From: a virus
Taxonomy: Duplodnaviria; Heunggongvirae; Uroviricota; Caudoviricetes
DNA: 64,000 nucleotides
IMG/VR virus record: IMGVR_UViG_3300042868_009434
Reading direction: 5' to 3' (one strand)
Made by a program: the position numbers and the translations under genes. Below, one piece after another: positions 55,263 to 64,000 of the stretch; within the stretch, counting starts at the first letter, position 1, and each line of letters starts with the position of its first letter. The notes under the pieces were generated by a model. The model ran no database searches. It was not told the origin of the DNA and saw nothing but the letters and a program-made list of their open reading frames with translations.

Positions 55263-56086
55263 GAAGAATTTTAGTAGCAGTAGGAATTGTTGTATTACTT
55301 TTTACAATGGTAATGTCGTGTGAGAGAATCGATGCGGGTCACGTAGGTGTAAAAGTCGATATGTATGGAAGTGGTAAAGGGGTAAACGATGTCACAGAAT
55401 GTACGGGAGTAGTGTTTTATAACCCTATCACAACAAAAATTTATGAGTTCCCAACATTTATTCAACACAAAGAGTACAAAGATGAAAATTCATTTGTCGT
55501 GAATAGTAAGGATGGTTCAGAATTTAGTGTTTCTCCAATTATGAACTATTCAGTTCAAAGAGAAAAAGTCCCTACAATATTCGCTAAATACAGAAGAAGT
55601 TTGGAAGAAATTGAAGAAGGATTCTTAAAAACTGCTGTGTATGACGCATTCCGTTTAGCAACTAATAAGTATACCGCAGATGGATTAATCGGAAATAGAG
55701 AAATTTTTGAGATTGAAGTTAGACGTTTGTTAGAAGCTCAATTACTTAAAGAAGGATTCGTAATCAATCAGTTCACATCTAATTTAGTTTATCCGGATTC
55801 ATTCAAGAAAGCAATTAATGCTAAGAACAACGCGGTACAGTCGGCATTGATGGCGGAGAACAAAGTAAAACAGGCCGAGGCTGAGGCTAAAATTAAAGTG
55901 GCAACTGCTAATGGTAACGCAGAAGCATTATTGGCGAACGCAAGAGCCGAGGCGGAATCTAACAGATTAAGACAACAAACATTAACACCAATGTTATTAC
56001 AACAACAATGGATTGAGAAATGGAAAGGTAATGTTCCAACCACTCAGTTGGGAGCAAACACTCAAGTGTTGTACGGTCTAAAATAA
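55259..56086 (+). CDS. SPFH/band-7 (prohibitin/stomatin-like) protein
   Basis: An N-terminal transmembrane segment is followed by an SPFH-like body and an Ala/Glu-rich coiled-coil tail (KVKQAEAEAKIKVATANGNAEALLANARAEAES). Confidence 0.65.
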   Translation: MRRILVAVGIVVLLFTMVMSCERIDAGHVGVKVDMYGSGKGVNDVTECTGVVFYNPITTKIYEFPTFIQHKEYKDENSFVVNSKDGSEFSVSPIMNYSVQREKVPTIFAKYRRSLEEIEEGFLKTAVYDAFRLATNKYTADGLIGNREIFEIEVRRLLEAQLLKEGFVINQFTSNLVYPDSFKKAINAKNNAVQSALMAENKVKQAEAEAKIKVATANGNAEALLANARAEAESNRLRQQTLTPMLLQQQWIEKWKGNVPTTQLGANTQVLYGLK

Positions 56087-56104
56087 TAAAAAAATAAAAT
56101 ATTT

Positions 56105-56138
56105 AAAAAATCCTCATTTATTGAGGATTTTTTTTTAT
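56105..56138 (+). terminator. Rho-independent terminator
   Basis: aatcctcatttattgaggatt followed by T9. Confidence 0.6.
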
Positions 56139-56147
56139 CTTTGCATT

Positions 56148-57227
56148 ATGAAAATTGATATAGAAATAATAAACAGATACGTTAGTGAAGGATTGATTGA
56201 GAAAAACTCTCACCCAACTCTTCCGATTGCAATTTACAATTACTCAAGAAAAGTTCAATATGAAGGTCTTTGGGATACTATGACCAGAAATTGTCGAGGT
56301 CTTGTGTTAGACAATGATGGTAATGTTCTTGCAAAACCATTTGGTAAATTTTTCAACATGGAAGAACACGACCCAAGTGAAATCCCAAATGAAACTTTTG
56401 AAGTGTTTGAAAAAATGGATGGTTCTTTAGGTATATTGTTTTGGTATCAGGGTAAATGGATTTTTGCAAGTAAAGGTTCATTCACTTCAGACCAAGCGAT
56501 TAAAGGTCAAGAAATGTTATCAAAATATGATATACAACCAATCCCAAAAGGTTACACTACTTTGATGGAGATTATCTATCCTGAGAATCGTATTGTTTGT
56601 GATTATGGCGACGAAGAAAGTTTGGTTGTACTTACAATGATTAGTAATGTTTCAGGAAAAGAATTCGACTACCCTTCTTTACTTCAAGTTTGTGAAGTTG
56701 TGGGAATGCCGGTGGTTAAACGATATGATGGGGTGGAAGATTATAAGACCCTTAAATCAATTATTAAGAACAATCAAGAAGGATTTGTCATTAGATTTAG
56801 AAATGGGTTTAGAATGAAGATAAAAGGGGAAGAATACGTTCGTCTCCACAGAATCTTAACCGGATTTTCTAATATAAACATTTGGGAAGTATTAAAAAAT
56901 GGGGAAGACATAAACACATATTTGGATAAAGTCCCGGATGAATTTGACAAATGGGTTAAAAATGTGGTTAAAGATTTGAGATATGGGTATTTTCAAATTA
57001 GTGAAAGAGCTGGAAAAACGTTTGATTACTATATGTATGGTAAGTACAACGATAAAGAACCGGTTACAGACAGAAAAGTTTTTGCTGAATGGGTTATGAC
57101 TCAAGAACAATATCTTCAACCAATATTATTTAAAATGTTTGATAAAAGGGATTATTCTTCATACATTTGGGAGAAAATAAGACCAACATACAGTAAACCA
57201 TTTTGGCAAAAAGAAAGTGAGTCATGA
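56148..57227 (+). CDS. ATP-dependent RNA/DNA ligase-like nucleotidyltransferase
   Basis: Motif I FEKMDGSLG (KxDG), motif IV EGFVIRF, motif V KIKGEEY. Confidence 0.55.
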   Translation: MKIDIEIINRYVSEGLIEKNSHPTLPIAIYNYSRKVQYEGLWDTMTRNCRGLVLDNDGNVLAKPFGKFFNMEEHDPSEIPNETFEVFEKMDGSLGILFWYQGKWIFASKGSFTSDQAIKGQEMLSKYDIQPIPKGYTTLMEIIYPENRIVCDYGDEESLVVLTMISNVSGKEFDYPSLLQVCEVVGMPVVKRYDGVEDYKTLKSIIKNNQEGFVIRFRNGFRMKIKGEEYVRLHRILTGFSNINIWEVLKNGEDINTYLDKVPDEFDKWVKNVVKDLRYGYFQISERAGKTFDYYMYGKYNDKEPVTDRKVFAEWVMTQEQYLQPILFKMFDKRDYSSYIWEKIRPTYSKPFWQKESES

Positions 57228-57433
57228 AACAAAAATTAGAAACGATTTACGAGACAAATATTGTCCATAATTCATTTTTGGATAAAGATTCCATCATTCA
57301 AGCAATGGTGGAATCTTATAATTTAGGTAAACAGGAATTAATTAACTGGTTATCCGAAAAAGATTACTTATCGGATGATAAACAAACTTTATTAAAAGAG
57401 TACAATAACCTCATTAACAACATAAAAAAATGA
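57224..57433 (+). CDS. Hypothetical small protein
   Basis: 69-aa ORF with an ATGA overlap. Confidence 0.35.
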   Translation: MKQKLETIYETNIVHNSFLDKDSIIQAMVESYNLGKQELINWLSEKDYLSDDKQTLLKEYNNLINNIKK

Positions 57434-57612
57434 CAAACGAAGAATTCACTTTAGAAATACTAATGGAAGCCGAATCTTTAGGTATTCGTAAAGAAGTATT
57501 AGAATTATCTAATAAAATCAAACAGGAAAATGAATTTATGGATATTAACTCATCCATTGAAAAAGCATTTCAACACATGAAAGCCAAATTACAAGAATAT
57601 AATAATGTTTAA
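57430..57612 (+). CDS. Hypothetical small protein
   Basis: 60-aa ORF with an overlapping start. Confidence 0.35.
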   Translation: MTNEEFTLEILMEAESLGIRKEVLELSNKIKQENEFMDINSSIEKAFQHMKAKLQEYNNV

Positions 57613-57615
57613 ATT

Positions 57616-57831
57616 ATGACAGAAGATGAATTAGAATATTGGCAATCAGTTCAATACAGAATGGATGCAGAAGGTTTTGACTACTGCTTTGTAAGTTATA
57701 GTGATTGGGATGAAATCAAAGATGAAGAATTCCATCGATTAAGATTGGGATTCTTACAACATATGAAAGAACTTCGTCAATACATTGATAGTAAAGTTGA
57801 AGAAGGCGAAAACCTTGAATTAGAAAATTAA
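57616..57831 (+). CDS. Hypothetical small protein
   Basis: 71-aa ORF. Confidence 0.35.
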   Translation: MTEDELEYWQSVQYRMDAEGFDYCFVSYSDWDEIKDEEFHRLRLGFLQHMKELRQYIDSKVEEGENLELEN

Positions 57832-57833
57832 TT

Positions 57834-58028
57834 ATGGGCGGATTATACGATTTAATGGACCAAGTAGTTGCGGTAAGTTTAGGAGTTCCAATGGAAACTT
57901 ACATTAACATAATTGAAACCAAATGTACTGAAGAAGAGGCCACTTTCATCATCATGACCATTATAGATGAGGATGAAGATAATTTAGATAAGGCGAAAGA
58001 AACATTTAACAAATATTTGAATGAGTAA
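57834..58028 (+). CDS. Hypothetical small protein
   Basis: 64-aa ORF. Confidence 0.35.
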   Translation: MGGLYDLMDQVVAVSLGVPMETYINIIETKCTEEEATFIIMTIIDEDEDNLDKAKETFNKYLNE

Positions 58029-58164
58029 TACACAATCAACCGACGATGAATTGTGGGACTATTACAGCGGATTACCAAATCCAATGTGGTATCAACATAT
58101 TGAAGAAATAGGTGAAGAAGAAAATACAAGTGATGGTAATGATACTGAAGTTACTACTGAATAA
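58021..58164 (+). CDS. Hypothetical small acidic protein (47 aa, not in the ORF track)
   Basis: ATG overlaps the upstream stop (ATGAGTAA). Reads MSNTQSTDDELWDYYSGLPNPMWYQHIEEIG... Confidence 0.3.
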   Translation: MSNTQSTDDELWDYYSGLPNPMWYQHIEEIGEEENTSDGNDTEVTTE

Positions 58165-58197
58165 AATAAAACGAAAAAGAAAAAGTATTTGGGATTT

Positions 58198-59391
58198 ATG
58201 AATAACATAGACAAACAATATCAGGACTTACTACAAGACATTCTTGATAATGGTGTGGAGAAAAAAGACAGAACCGGGACGGGAACAATCTCAGTATTCG
58301 GAAGACAAATCAGACATAAAATGTCAGAAGGATTCCCATTACTTACGACCAAAAAGATGCCGTGGAAATCAATCGTCACAGAACTTCTTTGGTTCCTTCA
58401 AGGGGATACAAACATCAAATGGTTGGTCGATAATGGATGTAACATTTGGAATGGTGATGCTTATAAAAATTATCTACTATTAATGATTGGTAATGAACCT
58501 GAAAAGATTTTATCAATGGATGATTTTATTGATAAGATAAAGAACGATGATAAGTTTGCCAAGAAGTGGGGTGATTTAGGTCCAATTTACGGTAAGCAAT
58601 GGAGGAAATGGGCACCTGAATCGGGTGAGATTAATAAAGGTGGTGTAGACCAAATCGCAAACCTAATCAACGACCTTAAATCAAATCCAGACTCAAGACG
58701 ATTAATGGTTAATGCTTGGAATGTTGGAGAATTAGACCAAATGGTTCTTCCACCTTGTCATTATGGATTTCAAGTTTATACAAGAGAGTTGAGTTTGGAA
58801 AGAAGATATAACATATGGTTTAATAACAATTATGAAACTGGTATGGAAAGGTTTTTTGACCCTAATAATTTACCTGATTTTGATAATGATTATTATACAC
58901 CAACACCGACAAGAGCAATATCTCTAATGTGGAATCAACGAAGTGTAGATACATTCTTAGGATTACCATTTAATATCGCATCTTATGGATTGTTATTAGA
59001 AATCATTGCAAAAGAAGTTAATATGGTTCCGGATGAATTGATTGGAAATCTTGGTGATGTTCACCTTTATTTAAATCATATTGAACAAGCAAAAGAACAA
59101 CTTGGTAGAAAATTAACATTTGACGAAAGAACGGAAATGTTGAAAGACAAGATGGGTATTGATAAGTATAATAAAGAACTTTCAGAACTTGTTCCGTTTG
59201 GTGGGGGTATGAGTGAATTTTACAAATATTATAAAATTCCATATGAAACAAGAGAACCTTATGATTTACCTACATTGAAATTCTCACCTTGTCCAATAAC
59301 CGGAATTGATATGGAATATCAATCAATTGCCCAATTTCAAATTGAGAACTATGAATCACATCCGGTAATTAAAGCTCCTTTGAGTAATTAA
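58198..59391 (+). CDS. thyA: Thymidylate synthase family enzyme (ThyA-like) with two insertions and a C-terminal extension
   Basis: DRTGTGTISVFG, ELLWFLQGDTNI, GPIYGKQWR, PDSRRLMVNAWNVGELDQMVLPPCHYGFQVY, GLPFNIASY and GDVHLYLNH. The ORF-track start is TTG at 58189; an ATG at 58198 gives MNNIDKQYQ. Confidence 0.85.
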   Translation: MNNIDKQYQDLLQDILDNGVEKKDRTGTGTISVFGRQIRHKMSEGFPLLTTKKMPWKSIVTELLWFLQGDTNIKWLVDNGCNIWNGDAYKNYLLLMIGNEPEKILSMDDFIDKIKNDDKFAKKWGDLGPIYGKQWRKWAPESGEINKGGVDQIANLINDLKSNPDSRRLMVNAWNVGELDQMVLPPCHYGFQVYTRELSLERRYNIWFNNNYETGMERFFDPNNLPDFDNDYYTPTPTRAISLMWNQRSVDTFLGLPFNIASYGLLLEIIAKEVNMVPDELIGNLGDVHLYLNHIEQAKEQLGRKLTFDERTEMLKDKMGIDKYNKELSELVPFGGGMSEFYKYYKIPYETREPYDLPTLKFSPCPITGIDMEYQSIAQFQIENYESHPVIKAPLSN

Positions 59392-59993
59392 TAAAATTTC
59401 ATGTATAATTCAACAATTTTTTGGGATAGTCTTTTAATAGTTCGATTGACATCATCTAAATCAATTTCTTTACCTTGTGATTCCATCCATTTTAAAGTAC
59501 CTTGAATCATTATGTCTTTAGCCTCTTCAGAGCTGTCCAACATTTCTTGGAAATCTTCATTGTCTTCATTATTTTCACCATAATATCGGTCAATCCATTT
59601 TTTACCTGAGTACAATAACGGTCCTGCTTGAAACATATTCACAGGACCTGCTTTTTGAACTTTCTTAAGATATTCTTTTAGGAATCTATAATTAAAGTTT
59701 TCAAAAATGTCAGGATTTTTTTTGAAGAAGTCATACTCTTTACTACCGGTTTGTTCCTCGATTCTTTTTTCAGAAATTTTCTTCCAAGCGTCAGTGGCAC
59801 TAACTAAAGATAATTTACTACCATTTTCCCAATTAACACTAATAATGACATCATCCTCGTTTGGTTCAAATGGGTCTCTTTGAACTTTGGTTACAACACC
59901 TTTTGTCCCCGGTGGAACGGTTGTTTCGTGTTCCATATGGAAACACATTATATTATCACCAACTTTTAATGGCGGATTTAATTGTCCTTTCAT
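59388..59993 (-). CDS. Hypothetical protein (ORF extends to 60122; start taken at MKGQLNPP)
   Basis: The internal Met start gives a 31-nt divergent spacer with the next gene. Confidence 0.4.
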   Translation of the reverse strand: MKGQLNPPLKVGDNIMCFHMEHETTVPPGTKGVVTKVQRDPFEPNEDDVIISVNWENGSKLSLVSATDAWKKISEKRIEEQTGSKEYDFFKKNPDIFENFNYRFLKEYLKKVQKAGPVNMFQAGPLLYSGKKWIDRYYGENNEDNEDFQEMLDSSEEAKDIMIQGTLKWMESQGKEIDLDDVNRTIKRLSQKIVELYMKFY

Positions 59994-60024
59994 ACTTATA
60001 AATATAATCAATATATTTATTATT
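59994..60024. promoter_or_regulatory. Compact divergent promoter region carrying TATAAATA on plus and TATTTATAAG on minus
   Basis: acttataaatataatcaatatatttattatt lies between divergent start codons. Confidence 0.35.
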
Positions 60025-60645
60025 ATGGAATTTTTAATCACAGAGACACAACTAAAGTCAATTTTAACGGAACAGGACAAATCTAAGATGACCGAATACA
60101 TGAAAGAATTATATTCGTTCACTGAAAATATTGTTAATCGGGTTAAATCAATATATGGTTTAAACCTTAAAATGTTATTAACATGGGGTACTTCAGTTGG
60201 TGGATTAATGATGCCATTAGATAATTTTATTAAATCCGGAAACTTCGATTTAAACGAACAACAAGAATCTTTAATTCTTGTTGCCGTTGCCGCAACACTA
60301 TTTTTTGAGAATAAAAGAGGGATGACTAAATTAATGGAAAAAATTAAAGAGGAAGGAATTCTACCTCAATTTGAACAAATTTTATCTAAAGGGCAAGAAT
60401 TGAAATCAGCATTTATTGGATTTCTATCATCTGTCAACATTACAGTTGGGTCTTTAATTGAGATTGCCGCCTATAGTTTTTTAGTACCAATTATTTTTGA
60501 TATTTACTCACTTGGCGAATCATCAACAAATTTACGTCAAACAGCATTACAAATTACCGAAAGATTATTAGCGTCAGGTGTTATTGCGTTAAGTGGTCAA
60601 GCACTAACAGTAACAATTAGAAAAATACTTAAAAAATTTAGGTAA
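60025..60645 (+). CDS. Hypothetical membrane protein
   Basis: ORF from MEFLITETQLK with hydrophobic segments. Confidence 0.4.
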   Translation: MEFLITETQLKSILTEQDKSKMTEYMKELYSFTENIVNRVKSIYGLNLKMLLTWGTSVGGLMMPLDNFIKSGNFDLNEQQESLILVAVAATLFFENKRGMTKLMEKIKEEGILPQFEQILSKGQELKSAFIGFLSSVNITVGSLIEIAAYSFLVPIIFDIYSLGESSTNLRQTALQITERLLASGVIALSGQALTVTIRKILKKFR

Positions 60646-60646
60646 T

Positions 60647-61621
60647 TTATTTTTCAGAAAGAATTTTTTGGATAACTCTCTCTTGTTGTTCAGGATTTAA
60701 AGTGTGTTTGTGAGGATATTTTTTAAACCAATTTCTCACCAAAGTTTCCATATTATTTTTTTCCCTTCTTGCTCTTCTTTTGAATCCGGCTTTTTGCGCC
60801 CCCAATTCATATTTGTGGGTATAATATTTATATTTGTCTGATACTTCCTTTCTAGCTCTTCTACCTCCTTGATATTGTAATATATGTTCAATTTCATGTC
60901 TAACAACTTCATTCAATTCATTAACTAAATCATTTAATATTTCATTACCTGAATTAGGGTTCACTAAAATTTCAATATCAATTACATCATCTTTATAATA
61001 TAAATCACCCTCTACTTCAAAAGTTTCAACATCTTCATTTTCTTTAATTGACAAGTTTAAACTATATCCTTTACCTAATTCAGAATAATCATAATAAGAT
61101 TCCGTCTCTCTCAAATCATCAGGTAGCTGGTAATTTCCAACTTTTTTAGTTTTAAACACACTTAAGATATCATTAACAATTTGTCTAACAATTCTATCAT
61201 ATTTTCCTTCCATAATTAAACTTTCGTTTATGTTATTATTAGTTTCATTAATTACTTTTGTACAAATCACCGGGTTTTCAATACCCCAATATAATAAAAA
61301 CCTTTGTAATTGGTCACTTATTCGATTATTTAAAACATAAAAAGTTAAATCTTGATTATCAAGTTCAAGTTCTTTGTGACCTCTCATTAATAAATCTGTA
61401 AGAGTATTCATCATCGGGCTAGAAGGTTGTATAAATGTTGTGTAAGTGATAAATGTCATTTTATCACCAGCACGATACATCTCTTTAATACCTGTAAGTT
61501 CAACTTTAACAACCGCGTACATTTCTCGAGGGGCAACATCACCCAAAGGGTCGTCCACCTTAAACTCATGTTGAGATAAAAAGTTATTAAGTCTCTCTAT
61601 TGGTAAATTTAAATCTTCCAT
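60647..61621 (-). CDS. Hypothetical protein with an HExxH motif (VRHEIEHIL)
   Basis: 324-aa ORF. The metallopeptidase assignment is speculative. Confidence 0.35.
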   Translation of the reverse strand: MEDLNLPIERLNNFLSQHEFKVDDPLGDVAPREMYAVVKVELTGIKEMYRAGDKMTFITYTTFIQPSSPMMNTLTDLLMRGHKELELDNQDLTFYVLNNRISDQLQRFLLYWGIENPVICTKVINETNNNINESLIMEGKYDRIVRQIVNDILSVFKTKKVGNYQLPDDLRETESYYDYSELGKGYSLNLSIKENEDVETFEVEGDLYYKDDVIDIEILVNPNSGNEILNDLVNELNEVVRHEIEHILQYQGGRRARKEVSDKYKYYTHKYELGAQKAGFKRRARREKNNMETLVRNWFKKYPHKHTLNPEQQERVIQKILSEK

Positions 61622-61633
61622 TATCGATAAATA

Positions 61634-62059
61634 CTATCGAAATGGAATTACAACACCGACTCCGTATCTAAAACCTTCCATGTAATTTACACCAACAGTG
61701 AAATCAAACCCTTTTTCAGTATTTGTAATAATTCTCAATGGGTAAATTTTAACCCATACATCCGGTTTAGTTTTAATTTCATCAATATAAGTTTCAATAA
61801 ATACACCCCCCATAACACTAACTTTGTGATTGGTTAAACTAATCCCAACACGATTCAAAATCGACATCGGTGTTGTGTAGATGTAAGGTTGTGGACGGGT
61901 CGTTGTGACATACCCACCAACATAATACCCAATTGGAGAGTAATTGCTGTTATAAGTTGCTACAATCGTGTTTTGGTCCGGTACATACATTAAGTCCGCA
62001 TCCTGAGAGAATCCCATAAATGGAATCAATAAAAATAAAAGTGAGGTTATTGTTTTCAT
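61634..62059 (-). CDS. Secreted beta-rich protein with a signal peptide ending FSQ
   Basis: The N-terminus reads MKTITSLLFLLIPFMGFSQ. The body is Tyr/Val/Gly-rich. Confidence 0.45.
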   Translation of the reverse strand: MKTITSLLFLLIPFMGFSQDADLMYVPDQNTIVATYNSNYSPIGYYVGGYVTTTRPQPYIYTTPMSILNRVGISLTNHKVSVMGGVFIETYIDEIKTKPDVWVKIYPLRIITNTEKGFDFTVGVNYMEGFRYGVGVVIPFR

Positions 62060-62171
62060 AATGCAAATATACTACATTTAATCATACTATAAAAATTAAA
62101 ATGTTAAAATTTACATTTGTATTTGACCCATTTAATTAAAAAAATTATAATTTAATCAAACTAAATAACTT

Positions 62172-63359
62172 ATGTCAAAAATCTCAGAAATTAAAAACCA
62201 GTATCCTGAGTTAAACATATCGATAATCGATTTGTTTTCAAAAATGGATAGTACCAAAACAAACAAATACTTACCTTTAATGTGTAAATTACTTTCATCA
62301 AGATTCCAAGTGAATAAATTATGGCACAAACGTGACGAAGAAAGTGAAATGAATCATATTAAAGAAAGATTGGACCTTATGGGTTTAAATTATAATGGTA
62401 TGTCAAATAATGAAATTTACGCTCATTATTGTTTATCAGACCATTTTAGTAATGAAGATATGCAGCTTTTAGCCTCATTTCGAAAATATAATGAAAGAGG
62501 TTTAATACCAAATAATGATGTCACTTCTTACCAAAATTTTGAACAAATCATGTCGTCTGTTGGATTAGCCTCTCTAAAAGAAGATGAGAAAGAATTAAGG
62601 TCTCAAATCATTAGAGAACACGATGACGAAACTTGGTTAGCGTTAAGACCATTAACATTTGGAGCATCATCCAAATACGGAGCGGCAACTAAATGGTGTA
62701 CAACTTACCAAAATGATAAACAGTATTTTGAAAGATATTGGAAAAGAGGTATTTTAGTTTATTTTATTAATAAAATCACCGGATTAAAATTTGCCGTATT
62801 CAAAGCTCTTGATGGAGATAAAGAATTAAGTTTTTGGAATGCTGCGGACCAAAGAGTCGATTTCTTGGAATTAGATATAGATGATTATATGTTCCCAATT
62901 ATTAAACAAATTTTGAAATCGGAAGAAACCAATAGAGATTTGTCTTCAACTAAAATTAGAGCACAAGTTCGTAAAGAATGTGGTCGTCCAGTTGAGAAAC
63001 AATTAGTTAGGCAAGACACGTACTACGAAGAAGAGGTAGAAAGACCAATGTATGAGGTGGAAACACCAATGATGGAAGAGGCAATTCCACAAATTAATTT
63101 TAACATGGAAGAAAGACGTGTTGAACCTCGAGTTGTTCAATTAAGACCTTTAGGTAGAGAAATTAGAGAAGAAATGAACAATATCATGGAAGAAATTGGT
63201 GAAGATATTACTGAAGAAACTATATCACCTCTTAGAAGAAGAATTTCGAATCTTAGAGAATCAATGGGAATTAGATTACAAAACATTGAAATCGGAGGAG
63301 CTCATCAAGTTGGTGAAGAAATCGGTTATGAAGAAGATTGTACACAAAGTCCAGAATAA
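62172..63359 (+). CDS. Hypothetical protein, paralog family A (shares a core with the 21559-23037 ORF)
   Basis: RPLTFGASSKYGAATKWCTTYQNDKQYFERYWKRGILVYFI; a basic, acidic-repeat C-terminus. Confidence 0.5.
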   Translation: MSKISEIKNQYPELNISIIDLFSKMDSTKTNKYLPLMCKLLSSRFQVNKLWHKRDEESEMNHIKERLDLMGLNYNGMSNNEIYAHYCLSDHFSNEDMQLLASFRKYNERGLIPNNDVTSYQNFEQIMSSVGLASLKEDEKELRSQIIREHDDETWLALRPLTFGASSKYGAATKWCTTYQNDKQYFERYWKRGILVYFINKITGLKFAVFKALDGDKELSFWNAADQRVDFLELDIDDYMFPIIKQILKSEETNRDLSSTKIRAQVRKECGRPVEKQLVRQDTYYEEEVERPMYEVETPMMEEAIPQINFNMEERRVEPRVVQLRPLGREIREEMNNIMEEIGEDITEETISPLRRRISNLRESMGIRLQNIEIGGAHQVGEEIGYEEDCTQSPE

Positions 63360-63392
63360 AAAAAAATACCCCAATTACGGGGTATTTTTTTA
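63358..63392. terminator. Bidirectional terminator hairpin
   Basis: taccccaattacggggta flanked by an A-run and a T-run. Confidence 0.55.
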
Positions 63393-63393
63393 T

Positions 63394-63666
63394 TTAAAAT
63401 TCTTCTATTTCAACAACTAATTTACCATCACCTTTAATTACTCGGTGCCAAGAAAGTTTTGGAATAATAAGTTTATCGGCAATTGACAACTTATTCGGCA
63501 ATTCATCTTCCATTTGAAATTGCCACCCACCATCTTCAATTATGGTTACTCGTCTATCTTTCAAGTCCTGATGCCACTTTAATTCTTCATCTTCAACATC
63601 CGGATAAAAAGTTCTTACTAGTTTACCATTTTCAATTATTTGTTCAAATGGGAAATCCATTACCAA
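63394..63666 (-). CDS. Hypothetical protein
   Basis: 90-aa ORF. Confidence 0.35.
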   Translation of the reverse strand: MVMDFPFEQIIENGKLVRTFYPDVEDEELKWHQDLKDRRVTIIEDGGWQFQMEDELPNKLSIADKLIIPKLSWHRVIKGDGKLVVEIEEF

Positions 63667-63998
63667 GAGTTTGAAGAAGAAAGCCCTAATTGTTTTGCGT
63701 ATCGTCCAACATTACAAGACCAATATCCTGCAGTTGTTCTATCTTTCTTTTGGTCACATTTATGACGTGCTCTGAATGATTTGGCAGCCCCTTTATTTTT
63801 ATTTTTGATTTTTAAGTTAGGGTCTCCGAAAGTCACCTTTTTAACCCCACCTCCTGGTGTTTTAACATAAACGGCGAATTTCTTAGGACCTCCGGGAGTT
63901 CTTTTAGGTTTATTTAATTGAACCTTTTTTCCTCTGTGCATTGCCTCTTGTAAAATATCTTCTTCAGTTTCAGTTTCATAGATGTAAGGAGCGTCCAA
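63660..63998 (-). CDS. Hypothetical basic protein
   Basis: 112-aa ORF near the window edge. Confidence 0.35.
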   Translation of the reverse strand: MDAPYIYETETEEDILQEAMHRGKKVQLNKPKRTPGGPKKFAVYVKTPGGGVKKVTFGDPNLKIKNKNKGAAKSFRARHKCDQKKDRTTAGYWSCNVGRYAKQLGLSSSNSW

Positions 63999-64000
63999 AT

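Noticed and set aside
58198-59391. Group I intron in the thymidylate synthase homolog, as in T4 td
   Set aside because: The reading frame is continuous and the extra segments translate into in-frame protein insertions, one at the position of the known Lactobacillus-type TS insert.

Overview
This AT-rich window (about 30% GC) reads as a contiguous piece of a large, distant T4-like (Straboviridae-core) virulent myophage genome. Ribosome-binding sites lack a GGAGG Shine-Dalgarno, and one secreted protein has a signal peptide ending FSQ. Both points, by inference, suggest a Bacteroidota-type host. Positions 1-14.1 kb carry a minus-strand head-morphogenesis module in T4 order: large terminase, portal, prohead-core candidates, gp21-like prohead protease, acidic scaffold, then the N-terminus of a gp23-like major capsid protein that runs off the window start. 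Several of these genes are preceded by TATAAATA/TATTTATAAT late-promoter-like motifs. Positions 14.6-28 kb hold an accessory block: an AspH-like hydroxylase, a sulfotransferase, a ClpC-like AAA+ unfoldase with a divergent UVR-domain gene and an M20/M42-like peptidase, a tmRNA gene, an RmlC-like cupin, HAD phosphatases, a PspC-domain protein, an M15-like peptidoglycan peptidase, and a convergent small lipoprotein plus membrane-protein pair that may form a lysis cassette. Positions 29.4-36.2 kb form a dense minus-strand tRNA island of about 26 tRNAs plus several degenerate tRNA-like elements and two HNH homing endonucleases. The island is bracketed by a repeated promoter-like element and strong terminators. 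The remainder encodes a GH73 glucosaminidase, two tandem NodU/CmcH-type carbamoyltransferases, a separate ClpP protease, a block of probable virion/internal proteins sharing an N-terminal motif, two 2OG oxygenases, a GT17-like glycosyltransferase, a metallophosphoesterase, an SPFH/band-7 protein, an RNA-ligase-like nucleotidyltransferase, a ThyA-family enzyme with large insertions, and paralogous proteins of unknown function. The ORF track includes non-ATG (TTG) starts, so several start coordinates are approximate. tRNA coordinates were folded by eye and may be off by 1-2 nt.
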